From Squalus acanthias (lineage: Eukaryota), in assembly GCA_030390025.1 (NCBI GenBank), contig JASTWF010000353.1, positions 1-64,000 of the forward strand: a stretch of 64,000 nucleotides of DNA. Direction: 5' to 3'. Positions 26,378 through 38,462 of the stretch are shown here, piece after piece; positions within the stretch are counted from its first letter, which is position 1, and each line of letters opens with the position of its first letter. The translations under genes were made by a program, and so were the position numbers. Below the pieces are notes generated by a model, which saw only the letters and a list, made by a program, of their open reading frames with translations, ran no database searches and was not told where the DNA came from.

Positions 26378-28081
26378 TCATAGAATCAGAGAATAATACA
26401 GCACAGAAGGAGGCCATTCGGCCCATCAAGTCTGTGCCGGCTCTTTCGAAGTGCAATCTAGTTAGTCCCACTCCCCTGCTCTTTCCCCACATCCCTGCAA
26501 TCTGTCTCCTTCAAGTATTTATCCAATTTCCTTTTCAAGGCTACTATTGAATTTGTATCCACCACCCTATCAGGCAGTGCATTCCAAATCCTAACCACTC
26601 GTTGTGTAGAAAGTTTTTCCTCATGTCGCCTCTGGTTCTTTTGCCAATCCCCTTAAATCTGTGCCCTCTCGTTATCGACCCTTCAGCCACTGGAAACAGT
26701 TTCTCTTTATTTACTCTATCTAAATCCTTCATGATCTTGAACACCTCCATCAAATCTCCTCTGCTCCAGAGGTGAGGTGAGAGTGACTGCCCTTGACATC
26801 AAGGCAGCATTTGACCGAGTGTGGCATCAAGGAGCCCTAGTAAAACTGAAGTCAATGGGAATCGGGAGGGGAAACTCTCCACTGGCTGGAGTCATACCTA
26901 GCACAAAGGTAGATAGTTGGTGGTGTTTGGAGGTCAATTATCACAGCCCCAGGACATCACTGCAGGAGTTCCTCAGGGCAATGTCCTAGACCCAACCATC
27001 TTCAGCTGCTTCATCAATGACCTTCCCTCCAACATAAGGTCAGAAATGGGGATGTTTGCTGATGACTGCACAGTGTTCAGCGCCATTCACAACTCCTCAG
27101 ATAATGAAGCAGTCCATGCTCACATGCAACAAGACCTGGATGACGTTCAGGCTTGGGCTGATAAGTGGCAAGTAACATTCGCGCCACAGAAGTGCCAGGC
27201 AATGACTATCTCCAACAAGCGAGAATCTAACCACCTCCCCATGACATTCAACGGCATTAACATTGCCGAATCCCCCACCATCAACATCCTGGGGGTGTTG
27301 ACCAGAAACTTAACTGGACCAGTCACATAAATACTATGGCAACAAGAGCAGGTCAGAGGCTAGGTATTCTGCAGCGAGTGTCTCACCTCCTGACTCCCCA
27401 AAGCCTTTCCACCATCTACAAGGCACAAGTAAGGAGTGTGATGGAATACTCTCCACTTGCCTGGATGAGTGCAGCTCCAACAACACTCAGGAAGCTCGAC
27501 ACCATCCAGGACAAAGCAGCCCGCTTGATTGGCATCCCATCCACCACCTTAAACATTCACTCGCTCCACCACCGGCGCACCGTGGCTGCAGTGTGTACCA
27601 TCTACAAGATGCACTGCAGCAACTCGCCAAGGCTTCTTCGGCAGCACCTCCCAAACCCGCGACCTCTTCCACCTAGAAGGACAAGGGCAGCAGGCGCATG
27701 GGAACACCACCACCTCCAAGTTCCCCTCCAAGTGACACACCATCCTGACTTAGAAGTATATCGCTGATCCTTCATCGTCGCTGGGTCAAAATCCTGGAAC
27801 TCCCTCCCTGACAGCACTGTGGGAGTACCTTCACCACACGGACTGCAGCGGTTCAAGAAGGCGACTCACCACCACCTTCTCAAGGGCAATTAGGAATGGG
27901 CAATAAATGCTGGCCTTGCCAGAGATGCCCACATCCCATAAGCGAATAAAAAAAAAAAGTTTCTCCACGTAACTGTAATCCCTCATCCCTGGAACCATTC
28001 TAGTAATCTATTTTGTATCCTCTCCAAATCTTCACGTCCATCCTAAAGTGTGGTGCCCAGAATCGGGCACAATACTCCAGT
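26378..28081 (-). mobile_element. CR1 LINE 3' end, interrupted by a + strand LINE at 26771-27958
   Basis: ORF 26544-26753 (EVFKIMKDLDRV...TRGHRFK) and CR1 3' tail at ~26380-26430; the upstream LEYC..FWAPH region resumes after 27959. Confidence 0.8.
26771..27958 (+). mobile_element. 5'-truncated non-LTR retrotransposon (RT domain to poly-A), same family as 16419-17108
   Basis: LDIKAAFDRVWH, GVPQG, FADD RT motifs (frameshifted); 3' stem-loop and A-run ending at 27958. Confidence 0.9.
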
Positions 28082-28384
28082 ATTTATTTAATGCCTTCAT
28101 CCTCCATAATTAGAATCAGTGGAACGACCATCTCTGTAACTTTTTAAAACTTTTGACATGGTTATAAACACCTTAACTATTTCTGTTCATAGGATGTTCT
28201 CATATTTTCCATATTCCTTTTTAGTCATTCAACTCTTCCTATTCACCTCCCAACTCTGCTTCCAACATTCCTCATGATCTTTTTAGAATTTGAGATTAAC
28301 TTGGACAGAGGCCTCACTTAATACAGATTTTTTAATCTCAGTTTTTTTCCAGTAAAGTCTATCCTGTTGGACCTTCTGCCCCTC

Positions 28385-30070
28385 ACCCCAGAGACAGGGG
28401 TCTCCCCGCCCCCCCCAGAGTCAGGGTCTCTCTCCCCAGAGACAGGGATAACCCCCCCCAGAGACAGGGGTCTCCCCCCCCCAGAGACAGAAGTCTCTCC
28501 CCCCCAGAGAAAGGAGTCTCTCTCCCTCAGAGACAGGGATCCCCCACCCCCCCCAGAGACAGGGGTCTCTCTCCCCCCAGAGACCGGGTCTCTCTCCCCC
28601 AGAGACAGGGGTCTCTCCCCACTCAGAGACAGGGGTCTCTCCCCTCAGAGACAGGGGTCTCTCTCCCTCAGAGACAGGGGTCTCTCCCCTCAGAGACAGG
28701 GGTCTCTCCCCCCAGAGACAGAAGTCTCTCCCCTCAGAGACAGGGGTCTCTCTCCCCCAGAGACAGGGGTCTCTCCCCCCTCAGAGACAGGGGTCTCTCC
28801 CCTCAGAGACAGGGGTCTCTCTCCCTCAGAGACAGGGGTCTCTCCCTTCAGAGACAGGGGTCTCTCCCCCCAGAGACAGAAGTCTCTCCCCTCAGAGACA
28901 GGGGTCTCTCCCCCCAGAGACAGGAGTCTCTCTCCCCCCAGAGACAGGGATATCTCTCCCCCAGAGACAGGGGTGTCTCCCCCCAGAGACAGGGGTCTCT
29001 CCCCCCAGAGACAGGGGTCTCTCCCCTCAGAGACAGGGGTCTCTCCCCCCAGAGACAGGGGTCTCTCTCCCCCCAGAGACAGAGGTCTCTCGTTCAGAGA
29101 CAGGGGTCTCTCCCCCCCAGAGACAGGGGTGTCTCCCCCCATAGACAGGGTCTCTCTCCCCCAGAGACAGGGGTCTCTCCTTCAGAGACAGGGGTCTCTC
29201 TCCCCCAGAGACAGGGGTCTCTCCCCCCAGAGAAAGGGGTCTCTCTCCCCTCATAGACAGGGGTCTCCCTCCCCCAGAGACTGGGGTCTCCCCCCCCCCC
29301 CCCAGAGCCAGGGGTTTCTCTCCCCCCAGAGCCAGGGGTCTCCCCTCCCCCCCCCCCCCCAGAGACAGGGGTCTCTCTCCCCCCAGAGACAGGGGTCTCT
29401 CTCCCCCAGAGATAGGGGTCTCTCTCCCCCCAGAGACAGGGGTCTCTCTCCCCCAGAGACAGGGGTCTCTCTCCCCCCAGAGACAGGGGTCTCTCTCCCC
29501 CAGAGACAGGGGTCTCTCTCCCCCCAGAGACAGGGGTCTCTCTCCCCCCAGAGACAGGGGTCTCTCTCCCCCAGAGACAGGGGTCTCTCTCCCCCCAGAG
29601 ACAGGGGTCTCTCTCCCTCAGAGACAGGGGTCTCTCTCCCCCCAGAGACAGGGGTCTCTCTCCCTCAGAGACAGGGGTCTCTCTCCCCCAGAGACTGGGG
29701 TCTCTCTCCCCCAGAGACTGGGGTCTCTCTCCCCCAGAGACAGGGGTCTCTCTCCCCTCAGAGACAGGGGTTTCTCTCCCCCAGAGACAGGGGTCTCTCT
29801 CCCCCAGAGACAGGGCTCTCTCTCCCCTCAGAGACAGGGGTCTCCCCCCCTCAGAGACAGGGGTCTCCCCCCCTCAGAGACAGGGGTCTCGCTCCCCCCA
29901 GAGACAGAGTGTCTCTCCCCCAGAGACAGGGGTCTCACTCCCTCAGAGACAGGGGTCTCTCTTCCCCCAGAGACAGAGTGTCTCTCCCCCCAGAGACAGG
30001 GGTCTCTCTCCCCTCAGAGACAGGGGTCTGTCCCCCCAGAGACAAGGGTCTCTCCCCCCAGAGACAGGTG
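28385..30070. repeat. Minisatellite ~22-24-bp unit CCCCAGAGACAGGGGTCTCTCT (C-rich on + strand)
   Basis: Read directly; reverse complement of the 38463-45605 array. Confidence 0.97.
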
Positions 30071-30109
30071 TCACCCCCACTCCCCTGCTCTTACCCTAAA
30101 ACCAATTAA

Positions 30110-30277
30110 ATGTTTTCCAATTCTCTATTGTCCTAACTCACACCAAGTCTCGTTGTCCCATCACCCCCGTGCTCCCAGGTAAGTAACTGTTTTCAAATCT
30201 CTCCGTAGCCACGCCCCTCCCTATCTCTGTAACCTCCTCCAACCCTAAAACCCTCCAAGATATCTGCGCTCCTCCAA
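30110..30277 (+). mobile_element. L2 LINE remnant
   Basis: CCCCTCCCTATCTCTGTAACCTCCTCCAACCC...CTGCGCTCCTCCAA resembles the L2 ORF2 end (PPYLCNLLQP). Confidence 0.55.
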
Positions 30278-31128
30278 TTAACATTTGCAATCCTCCAGTC
30301 CTCTGGCACCACCCCCATATCTAAGGAGGATTGGAAGATTGTGGCCAGAGGCTCTGATATTTCCACCCTTACTTCCCTCAGTAACCGAGGATGCATCCCA
30401 TCCGGACCGGGCGACTTTTCTACTTTTGAGGACTGCCAACCATTTAAGTACCTCCCCTTTCTCTATTATTATCCTATCCAATATCGCTACTGCCTCCTCC
30501 TCTACTGCTACATTGGCAGCATCCTCTTCTCCAGTGAAGACAGATGCAAAATACTCATTTAGAACCTCAGGCATGTCCTCTGCCTCCACGAGAAGATTTC
30601 CCTTTTGGTCTCTAATCGGCCCCACCTTCCTTGACTACCCTTTTACTATTTATGTGTTTATAAAAGACTCTTGCATTCCCTTTTATGTTAACCGCTAATC
30701 GATTCTCATACTCTCTCTTTGCCTCACTTATTCCCTTTCTTTGATCTCCTCTGTACTTGTGATATTCAGCTTCGTTCTTTACTGTATTATGAACATTACA
30801 ATTGTCACAGACCTTCTTTGTCTGTCTCATTTTAATCTCTATATCTTTAGTCATCTAAGGAGCTCTAGCTTTGGATGCCCTTCCTTTCCCCCTCATGGGA
30901 ATGTATCTATTCTGTACTTGAACCAGCTCCTCTTTGAAGGCCTCCCATTGTTCAATTATTGTTTTGCCTACCAATATTTGATTCCAATCCAACTGCGCCA
31001 GATCTCTTTTCAACTCACTGAAATTAGCCCCCCTCCAGTTGAGTAATTTTATATTTGATTGTACCTTGTCCTTTTCCATAACTATTCTAAACCTGATGAT
31101 ATTATGATCACTGTTCGTCAAATGCTCT
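30278..31128 (-). mobile_element. CR1 LINE ORF2 internal fragment (end of endonuclease to start of RT)
   Basis: ORFs 30855-31121 (SDHNII...), 30612-30854, 30278-30625 and 30193-30396 (HPRLLREV...PEDWRIANV). Confidence 0.88.
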
Positions 31129-31463
31129 CATAAGAACATAAGAAACAGGAGCAGGAGTCGGCCATTCGGCCTCTCGAGCCTGCTCCGCCATTCATCGAGA
31201 TCATGGCTGATCTTTTATCTCAACTCCACCTTCCTGCACTATCCCCATATCCCTTGATTCCCTTAGTATCCAAAAATCTATCGTTCTCTGTTTTGAATAT
31301 GCTCAACGACTGAGCCTCCACAGCCCTCTGGGGTAGAGAATTCCAAAGATTCACCACCCTCTGAGTGAAGAAATTTCTCCTCATCTCAGTCCTAAATGGC
31401 CGACCCCTTATCCTGAGAATGTGACCCCTAGTTCTAGACTCCCCAGCCACAGGAACCATCCTC
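31129..31463 (-). mobile_element. CR1 LINE 3' end; continues at 35335-36530
   Basis: (CATAAGAA)n tail at ~31130; ORF 31220-31459 GESRTRGH...RNFFTQRVVNLWNSLP. Confidence 0.9.
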
Positions 31464-34400
31464 TAGGGGGAGTGTTTGCTAGTGCTCTGGGGGAGGGTTT
31501 AAACTAAAATGGCAGGGGGTTGGGAACCTGAGCAGGGAGAGAGAGGAAAGGGAAACAAGGATAAAAGCAAAAGATAGGAAGGAGGAAAACAAAAGTGGCA
31601 GTCAGAGAAATCAACGGTTTAAATCAAACATGGCCACAGTAAATAATAATTCTAATAGGTCTAAGAGCATTAAAAAAACAAGCCTGAAGGCTTTGTGTCT
31701 TAATGCGAGGAGCATTCAGAATAAGGTGGATGAATTAGCTGCGCAAGTAGAGGTAAACGAATATGATTTGATTGGGATTACGGAAACATGGCTCCAGGGT
31801 AGCCAAGGCTGGGAACTCAACATCCAGGGGTATTCAATATTCAGGAAAGATAGGCAAAAAGGAAAGGGAGGTGGGGTAGCATTGCTGGTTAAAGAGGGGA
31901 TTAACACAATTGTATGGAAGGATATTACCTCTGATGATGTGGAATCTGTATGGGTAGAACTGAGAAATACCATGGGGCAGAAAACGTTAGTGGGAGTGGT
32001 ATATAGACCTCCAAACAGTAATGTGGAGGTTGGGGATGGCATTAAAAGGGAAATTAGAGAAGCGTGCAATAAGGGCACAGCAGTCATCATGGGTGATTTT
32101 AATCTACATATAGATTGGGCTAACCAAATTAGTAACAATACTGTGGAGGAGGAATTCCTGGAGTGTTTACGGGATGGTTTCCAATATGTCGAGGAACCAA
32201 CCAGAGATCAGGCCATCTTAGACTGGGTATTATGTAATGAGAAAGGATTAATTAGCAATCTTGTTGTATGAGGCCCCTTGGGTCGGAGCGATCATAATAT
32301 GATAGAATTCTTCATTAAGATGGAGAGTGAAGTAGTTGACTCAGAGACTAGGGTCCTGAATTTAAATAAAGGAAACTATGATGGTATGAGGCGTGAGTTG
32401 GGTAGGATTGATTGGGGAATGTCACTCAAAGGGTTGACGGTGGATAGGCAATGGCAAACATTCAAAGACCGCATGGGTGAACTACAGAATTTGTTCATCC
32501 CAGGTTGGCATAAGAATAAAACAAAAAAGGTGACTCAACCGTGGCTAACAAGGGAAATTAGGGATAGCATAAGATCCAAGGAGAGGTCATATAAATTGGC
32601 CAGAAAAAGCAGTAAACCTGAGGATTGGGAGCAGTTTAGGATTCAACAAAGGGGGACAAAGGGATTAATTAAGAAGGGGAAAATAGAATATGAGAGGAAG
32701 CTTGCAGGGAACATAAAAACTGACTGTAAAAGCTTTTATAGATATGTGAAGAGAAAAAGATTGGTGAAGTCAAGCGTAGGTCCCTTGCAGTCAGAATCAG
32801 GGGAACTTATAATGGGGAACAAAGAAATGGCAGACCAATTAAATACATATTTTGGTTCTGTCTTCACAAAGGAGGACACAAATAACCTCCCAGAGATGTC
32901 GGGGAACATAGGGTCTGATGAAAGGGAGGAACTGAAAGAAATCAGTATTTGTAGGGAAATGGTGTTAGGAAAATTGATGGGATTGAAGGCCGATAAATCC
33001 CCAGGGCCTGATAATCTACATCCTAGGGTACTTAAGGAAGTGGCCCTTGAAATAGTAGATGCATTGCTGATCATCTTCCAACATTCGATGGAATCTGGAA
33101 CAATACCCATGGATTGGAGGGTAGCTAATGTTACCCCACTATTCAAAAAAGGTGGTAGAGAGAAAATGGGGAATTACAGACCGGTAAGCCTGACATCGGC
33201 AGTGGGCAAAATGCTAGAGTCCATTACAAAAGATGTAATAGCAGAGCACTTGGAAAACAGTGACAGGATCGGACAAAGTCAACATGGATTTACAAAAGGT
33301 AAATCGTGCTTGACTAATCTACTGGAATTTTTTGAGGATGTAACTGGTAAAATAGATAAGGGAGAACCAGTGGATGTGGTGTATTTGGACTTTCAAAAGG
33401 CTTTCGATAAGGTCCCACATAAGAGATTAACGTGTAAAGTTAAGGCACATGGGATTGGGGGCAAGGTATTGACTTGGAAAGAGAACTGGTTGGCAGACAG
33501 AAAGCAAAGAGTTGGAATAAACGGGTCTTTTTCCGAGTGGCAGGCAGTGACTAGTGGGGATCGGTCCTTGGACCCCAGCTATTCACAATATATATTAATG
33601 ATCTAGATAAGGGAACTAGATGTAATGGCCCAGAAATTAAACATCGATGGTTCCCGCGGGGGTAAGGATTCCCCGTGATATCGCACTCCGCGCCTACCTT
33701 TTTGTTTGGGGCCCACACGAACTTTAGTTTCAGAGCCTCTTCTTGTTGCAACCGTGCAGTGTGTGCGTATCCCAGAGGCGCAATTAGTTCGTGCGAGCTC
33801 TGGGAATCACGTGATTCAGTTAGAGCCAATGGCAGCACACCATCTTTCATTCATAGTTTTGACAGGAAGACCTGTCAAAGCTATGAATACTACAATCCCC
33901 CAAAAGAACAGCTAAACCTCAATTAAATTAAAAAAAAGCCATCACATTAATAAAATAAGTAAAGTTAAATAAATTAACCACTTTAAACAAAAAATTTTAT
34001 TTTTGAAAAAATTTAAAATCTTTTTAAAAGTTATAAAAATAAACTTACCTTTCTTTAAAGTCTCTAAAAAAGATAAACCTGTTGAAATTTTTTTTAAATA
34101 AACTTAATTAACTACTTACCTTGTTAAAAGGGGGTCATACGCCTGCTTTCTTTATGTGCAAAATCTTCACCACTTACCTGCGCGTTCAAAGCTGAAAAAA
34201 AACGAATGCACTGCGTGCGCACAACCTGTAGCATGCACGCGGTTCACTTAGGAACCGCCCCCTTTTCAATTCACGAAGTGTCGGTTTCCTGCGCATGCGT
34301 AGTGCATGCAGGAAACCGACAATTCGGGATCTAATACGCGAGAGTACACAGTGCGTACTCTCGCGTATTAGGTTTAATTTTCGGGCCATTATCTCCAAGT

Positions 34401-35334
34401 TTGCAGACGACACAAAGCTGGGTGGGCGTGTGTGCTGCGAGGAGGATGCCGAGAAACTCCAGGATGGTTTGGACAGGTTGGGTGATTGGGCAGATGCATG
34501 GCAGATGCTATATAATGTGGATAAATGCGAGGTTATCCACTTTGGTGTCAAAAACAGGAAGGCAGATTATTATCTGAATGGCAATAGATTGGGAGAAGGG
34601 GAAGTGCAACGAGACCTGGGTGTCCTTGTGCACCAGTCGCTGAAGGTAAGCATGCAGGTGCAGCAGGCGGTTAAGAAGGCAAATGGTATGTTGGCCTTCG
34701 TAGCGAGAGGGTTTGAGTACAGGAACAAGGATGTCTTGCTGCAGTTGTACAGGGCCTTGGTGAGACCACATCTTGAGTTTTGTGTGCAGTTTTGGTCGCC
34801 TTATCTGAGGAAGGAGGTTCTTGCCATGGAAGGAGTTCAGCGAAGATTCACCAGGCTGATACCTGGGATGGCAGGAATGACGTATGAGGAGAGATTGGGT
34901 CGATGGGCTTATACTCGCTGGAGTTTAGAAGAATGAGAGGGGATCTCATTGAATCTTATAAAATTCTGACGGGACTGGACAGACTAGATGCAGGAAGAAT
35001 GTTCCCGATGGTCGGGGAGTCCAGAACCAGGGGTCACAGTCTAAGGATAAGGGGTAAGCCATTTAGGACTGAGATGAGGAGGAATTTCTTCACCCAGAGA
35101 GTGGTGAACCTGTGGAATTCTCTACCACAGAAGGCAGTAGAGGCCAATTCATTAAATATATTCAAGAAGGAGTTGGATATATTTCTTAAGGCTAAAGGGT
35201 TCAAGGGATATGGGGAGAAAGCAGGGACAGGTTTCTGAATTTGGATGATCAACCATGATCGCATTGAATGGCGGAGCAGGCTAGAGGGGCCGAATGGCCT
35301 ACTCCTGCTCCTATCTTTTATGTTTCTATGTTTC
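31464..35334 (+). mobile_element. CR1 LINE: end of ORF1 plus near-complete, disrupted ORF2 (APE endonuclease and RT) and 3' tail
   Basis: ORFs 31630-32271 (NARS, ITETW, GDFN), 32278-33606 (SDH, KSPGPD, YRPVSLT, YLDFQKAFD), 34295-34936 (FADD), 34903-35238; tail (ATGTTTCT)n. Confidence 0.95.
33627..34387. mobile_element. Non-autonomous DNA transposon (MITE, PIF/Harbinger-like) with internal palindromes
   Basis: TIRs GGCCCAGAAATTAAAC / GTTTAATTTTCGGGCC; 3-bp flanks AAT/ATT; removal restores CR1 ...RCNISKFADD. Confidence 0.8.
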
Positions 35335-36530
35335 TCTACTCTGTCAAGCCCTGTAAGACTTTTATATGTTTCAATGAGATCACCTCTCATTCTTCTAAAC
35401 TCTATGGAATATAGGCCTAGTCTACTCAATCTGTCCTCAGAGGACAATCCCCCCCATCCCAGGAACCAGTCTGGTGAACCTTCGTTGCACTCCCTCAATG
35501 GCAAGTATATCCTTCCTTAGGTAAGGAGAACAAAACTGTACACAATACTCCAGGTGTGGTCTCACCAAGGCCCTATATAATTGTATTAAGACTTCTTTAC
35601 TCTTATACTCAAATCCCTTTGTAATAAAGGCCACTATACCATTTGCTTTCCTAATTGCTTGCTGTACCTGCATGTTAACTTTCAGTGATTCGTGTACAAG
35701 GACACCCAGGTCCCTCTGAACACTAACATATCCTAAAATAAAAACAGAAAATGCAGGAAACCGGCACTTCAGGTGGCCTTACGGGTGAGTACACAGCGCG
35801 TACTCACCCGGCAAGTGCCGAATTTCTGGCCCATTATGCTTTTCTATTTTTCTATTTTTCCTACCAAAGTGAATAAATTCACACTTCTCCACATTATATT
35901 CCATCTGCCATGTTCTTGCCCACTCACTTAACCAGTCTCTATATCCCTTTGCAGCCTCTTTGTGTACTCACAGCTTACTCCCACCCAGCTTTGCATCGTC
36001 AGCAAACTTGGATACATTGCACTCAGTCCCCTCATCTAAGTCATTGATGTAGATTGTAAATAGCTGAGGCCCTAGCACTGATCCTTGCGGTACCCCACTA
36101 GTTACAGCCTGCCAACCTGAAAATGACCCGTTTATTCCTACTCTCTGTTTTATGTCCATTAACCAATCCTCAATCCATGCTAATATATTATTCCCAACCC
36201 CATGAGCCCTAATTTTGTCTAATAACCTCTTGTGTGGCACCTTATTGAATGCTTTTTGAAACTCCAAAATATACTACATCCACTGGTTCCCCCTTATCTA
36301 CGCTGCTAGTTACACCTTCAAAAAACGGTAATAAATTTGTCAAACACGATTTCACTTTCATAAAACCATGTTGACTCTGCCCAATCCTATTATTATTTTC
36401 TAAGTGCCCTATTACTACTTCCCTAATAATGGATTCCAGCATTTTCCCTACTACTGATGTCATGCTTACTGGTCTGTAGTTCCCTGTTTTCTCTCTCCCT
36501 CCTTTCTTGAATAGCAGGGTTACGCTCTCC
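35335..36530 (-). mobile_element. CR1 LINE RT region, the 5' part of the element whose 3' end is at 31129-31463
   Basis: ORFs 36242-36541, 35968-36267 (GVPQG, FADD), 35437-35673; GLDRV at ~35340 joins to RMVPVAGES at ~31460. Confidence 0.88.
35751..35832. mobile_element. Terminal fragment of a MITE related to 33627-34387
   Basis: GCAGGAAACCG...GAGTACACAG(C)GCGTACTC...AATTTCTGGCCC matches the right end of the MITE. Confidence 0.65.
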
Positions 36531-36559
36531 CTCTGAAACATGCTCCACTTGCTCCTCTG

Positions 36560-37470
36560 ATCCCTCCTATTTCTGAACTATTCTTTACTCTAGTGCTATT
36601 TGTCTTTCCCAGTCCTCCGTGAACCTTGTTTCTCCTCTCTAATGTTTCATCTCGATGCCCATCACCCTGCCAAATTAGTATAAACCCTCCCCTACAGCAC
36701 TAGTTAACCTTCCCACGAGGACAATAGTCCCAGCTCTGTTGAGGTATAACCCTTCCACCTTGAACAGGTCCCTCCTGCCCCAGAACTGGTCCCAATGCCC
36801 CAGGAATCTGAAGCCCTCCCTCCTGCACCATCTCTCCAGCCACAGGGTAGCTGGTTTTATCTTACTGCTCCTATACTCACCAGCACGTGGCACTGGGAGT
36901 AATCCAGAGATTACCACCTTTGAGGTCCTGCTCTTTAATTTCCTCCCGAGCTCCTGAAACTCTGACTGCAGGACCACAACCCTTTTCCATCCTTCGTCAT
37001 TGGTTCCCACGGGGACCATGACTTCCCCTTTCCCCTCTGAAAATGTTCTGCACCATCTTGAGCCTGTCTATCCCCCGTGCAGTCATTTGCCCTTGGTGCC
37101 CTGGGTGTGCTCCAGACTGCACTCCCGAGATGTTGTCACTCTCACCAGTGCTGAAAACCGGTTTGAGAGCGCCACACACCCAGAGGATTGCTGCATTGCC
37201 CGCCTCCTCCTGCCCTGCCGGATGGCCATCCACTCACTGTCCTCCTGAACTCTCCGTAGCTGCGGGGTGACCACCTCCTGGAACGTGCGTTCCCGGAAAT
37301 TCTCAGTCTCACCTCGGCCCTGCAGTGACTCCAGCCACTGCTCAAGTTAGAAACCCTGAGCTGGAGTTCCAGCAACTGGAGGCAGTTCCTGCACACGTGG
37401 CAATCCAGGACACATGAAGCGTTCCCACATGGCACAGGAACGGCAGGCAACGGATCTCATCAGGCCCAGC
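36560..37470 (-). mobile_element. CR1 LINE ORF1 (Cys-rich/leucine-zipper N-terminus and SGNH esterase-like domain), disrupted
   Basis: ORFs 37142-37450 (CHVCRNCLQLLELQLRV) and 36675-37019 (VGTND...VVISGLLPVP...GL-x-LNRAG). Confidence 0.85.
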
Positions 37471-37662
37471 ATTTTGCTTAATAAAATCCTTTCGATCTAA
37501 TGAATGACTCTGATTATTTATGTATTCACTGTTGCCCCTTGGCTGTTAGCTCTTAGCACCTCCTTCCCCCCTCACCAAATTCCCGTTGCCACTCGGTTTA
37601 GCAGATACTCGCAGCTCTGTGCACACAGCACCCAGAGTAATGTCCCCTCCTTCTGTTGACAG

Positions 37663-37793
37663 GTTGAGAAGCTGCAGATTGCACTGCACAGCCGCTCCAG
37701 ACACAGGCCGGTCCCCAGAGCCCTGGTTACCGCGGAGGAGAGGAGGAGGCACGGAGGGAGCAAGCACAGATGTTGCAGCGGCTCGGATCGGCG
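37663..37793 (+). CDS. ZNF831: Predicted ZNF831 internal exon (131 bp, phase 0 to 2)
   Basis: Acceptor CCCCTCCTTCTGTTGACAG and donor CG|GTGAGT; open frame VEKLQIALHSRSRHRPVPRALVTAEERRRHGGSKHRCCSGSDR; bridges the phase-0 donor at 24042 to the phase-2 exon at 38167. Confidence 0.7.
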
Positions 37794-38166
37794 GTGAGTG
37801 GGCGGGGTGTTTGTGTGCCGGGACCTGCCTGGAGAGGGGCTGGCCGAGGGTTCCATGCTGCAGTTGATTTGCCTGTTGTGAGGGGTGTCGGGGGTTTCAC
37901 TGCACTGCTGGATCTGGGATCCCAGACAGGCACCATCCAACCCCTGCCAGCTCCTGGACAGCCTGCAATACAGCCCAGCCAGTCGGTGCCTGTGGGCCTG
38001 ACCCACTGAGGACAGCAAACGGCAGAGCTGACTGAGGGGCTCACCCTCCAATAATCCACAGTAACCAGAGCTGACCTGGGAGTGTTCGTGCAGTGGGTGA
38101 TCTCCATTTGCTGACTGTTTATCTCACTAATTCTGCAAAGCTCATCACTTACAATCCGCTTTCTAG

Positions 38167-38336
38167 GCACAAAGTGGATGAGTTGTACGCGAGAGGTCGT
38201 GGCCAAGGCAAACACATGTGCAAGGAGTGTGGAATCTGTTGTAAGAAGCCCAGCACCCTGAAGACCCACCTACAGACTCACACCAATGTCCGGGCACATC
38301 ACTGCAAGCTCTGTGATCGCTCCTTCAAGACCAAAG
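38167..38336 (+). CDS. ZNF831: ZNF831 exon encoding C-terminal (HIVEP-type) C2H2 finger 3 and the first half of finger 4
   Basis: Acceptor TTTCTAG, donor [64 protein letters not shown](G) parallels HIVEP [28 protein letters not shown]...FKTKG. Confidence 0.88.
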
Positions 38337-38462
38337 GTGGGCACAACCAGCAGGAGGCAGCTGACAACCAGCGACATATATACAAACATCTCAATTATAC
38401 ACACAGCCAGAAGGCAGGCGTCAGACGGCAGTTAGAGCAGACAGAATCCTGAGCCTGAGGGC

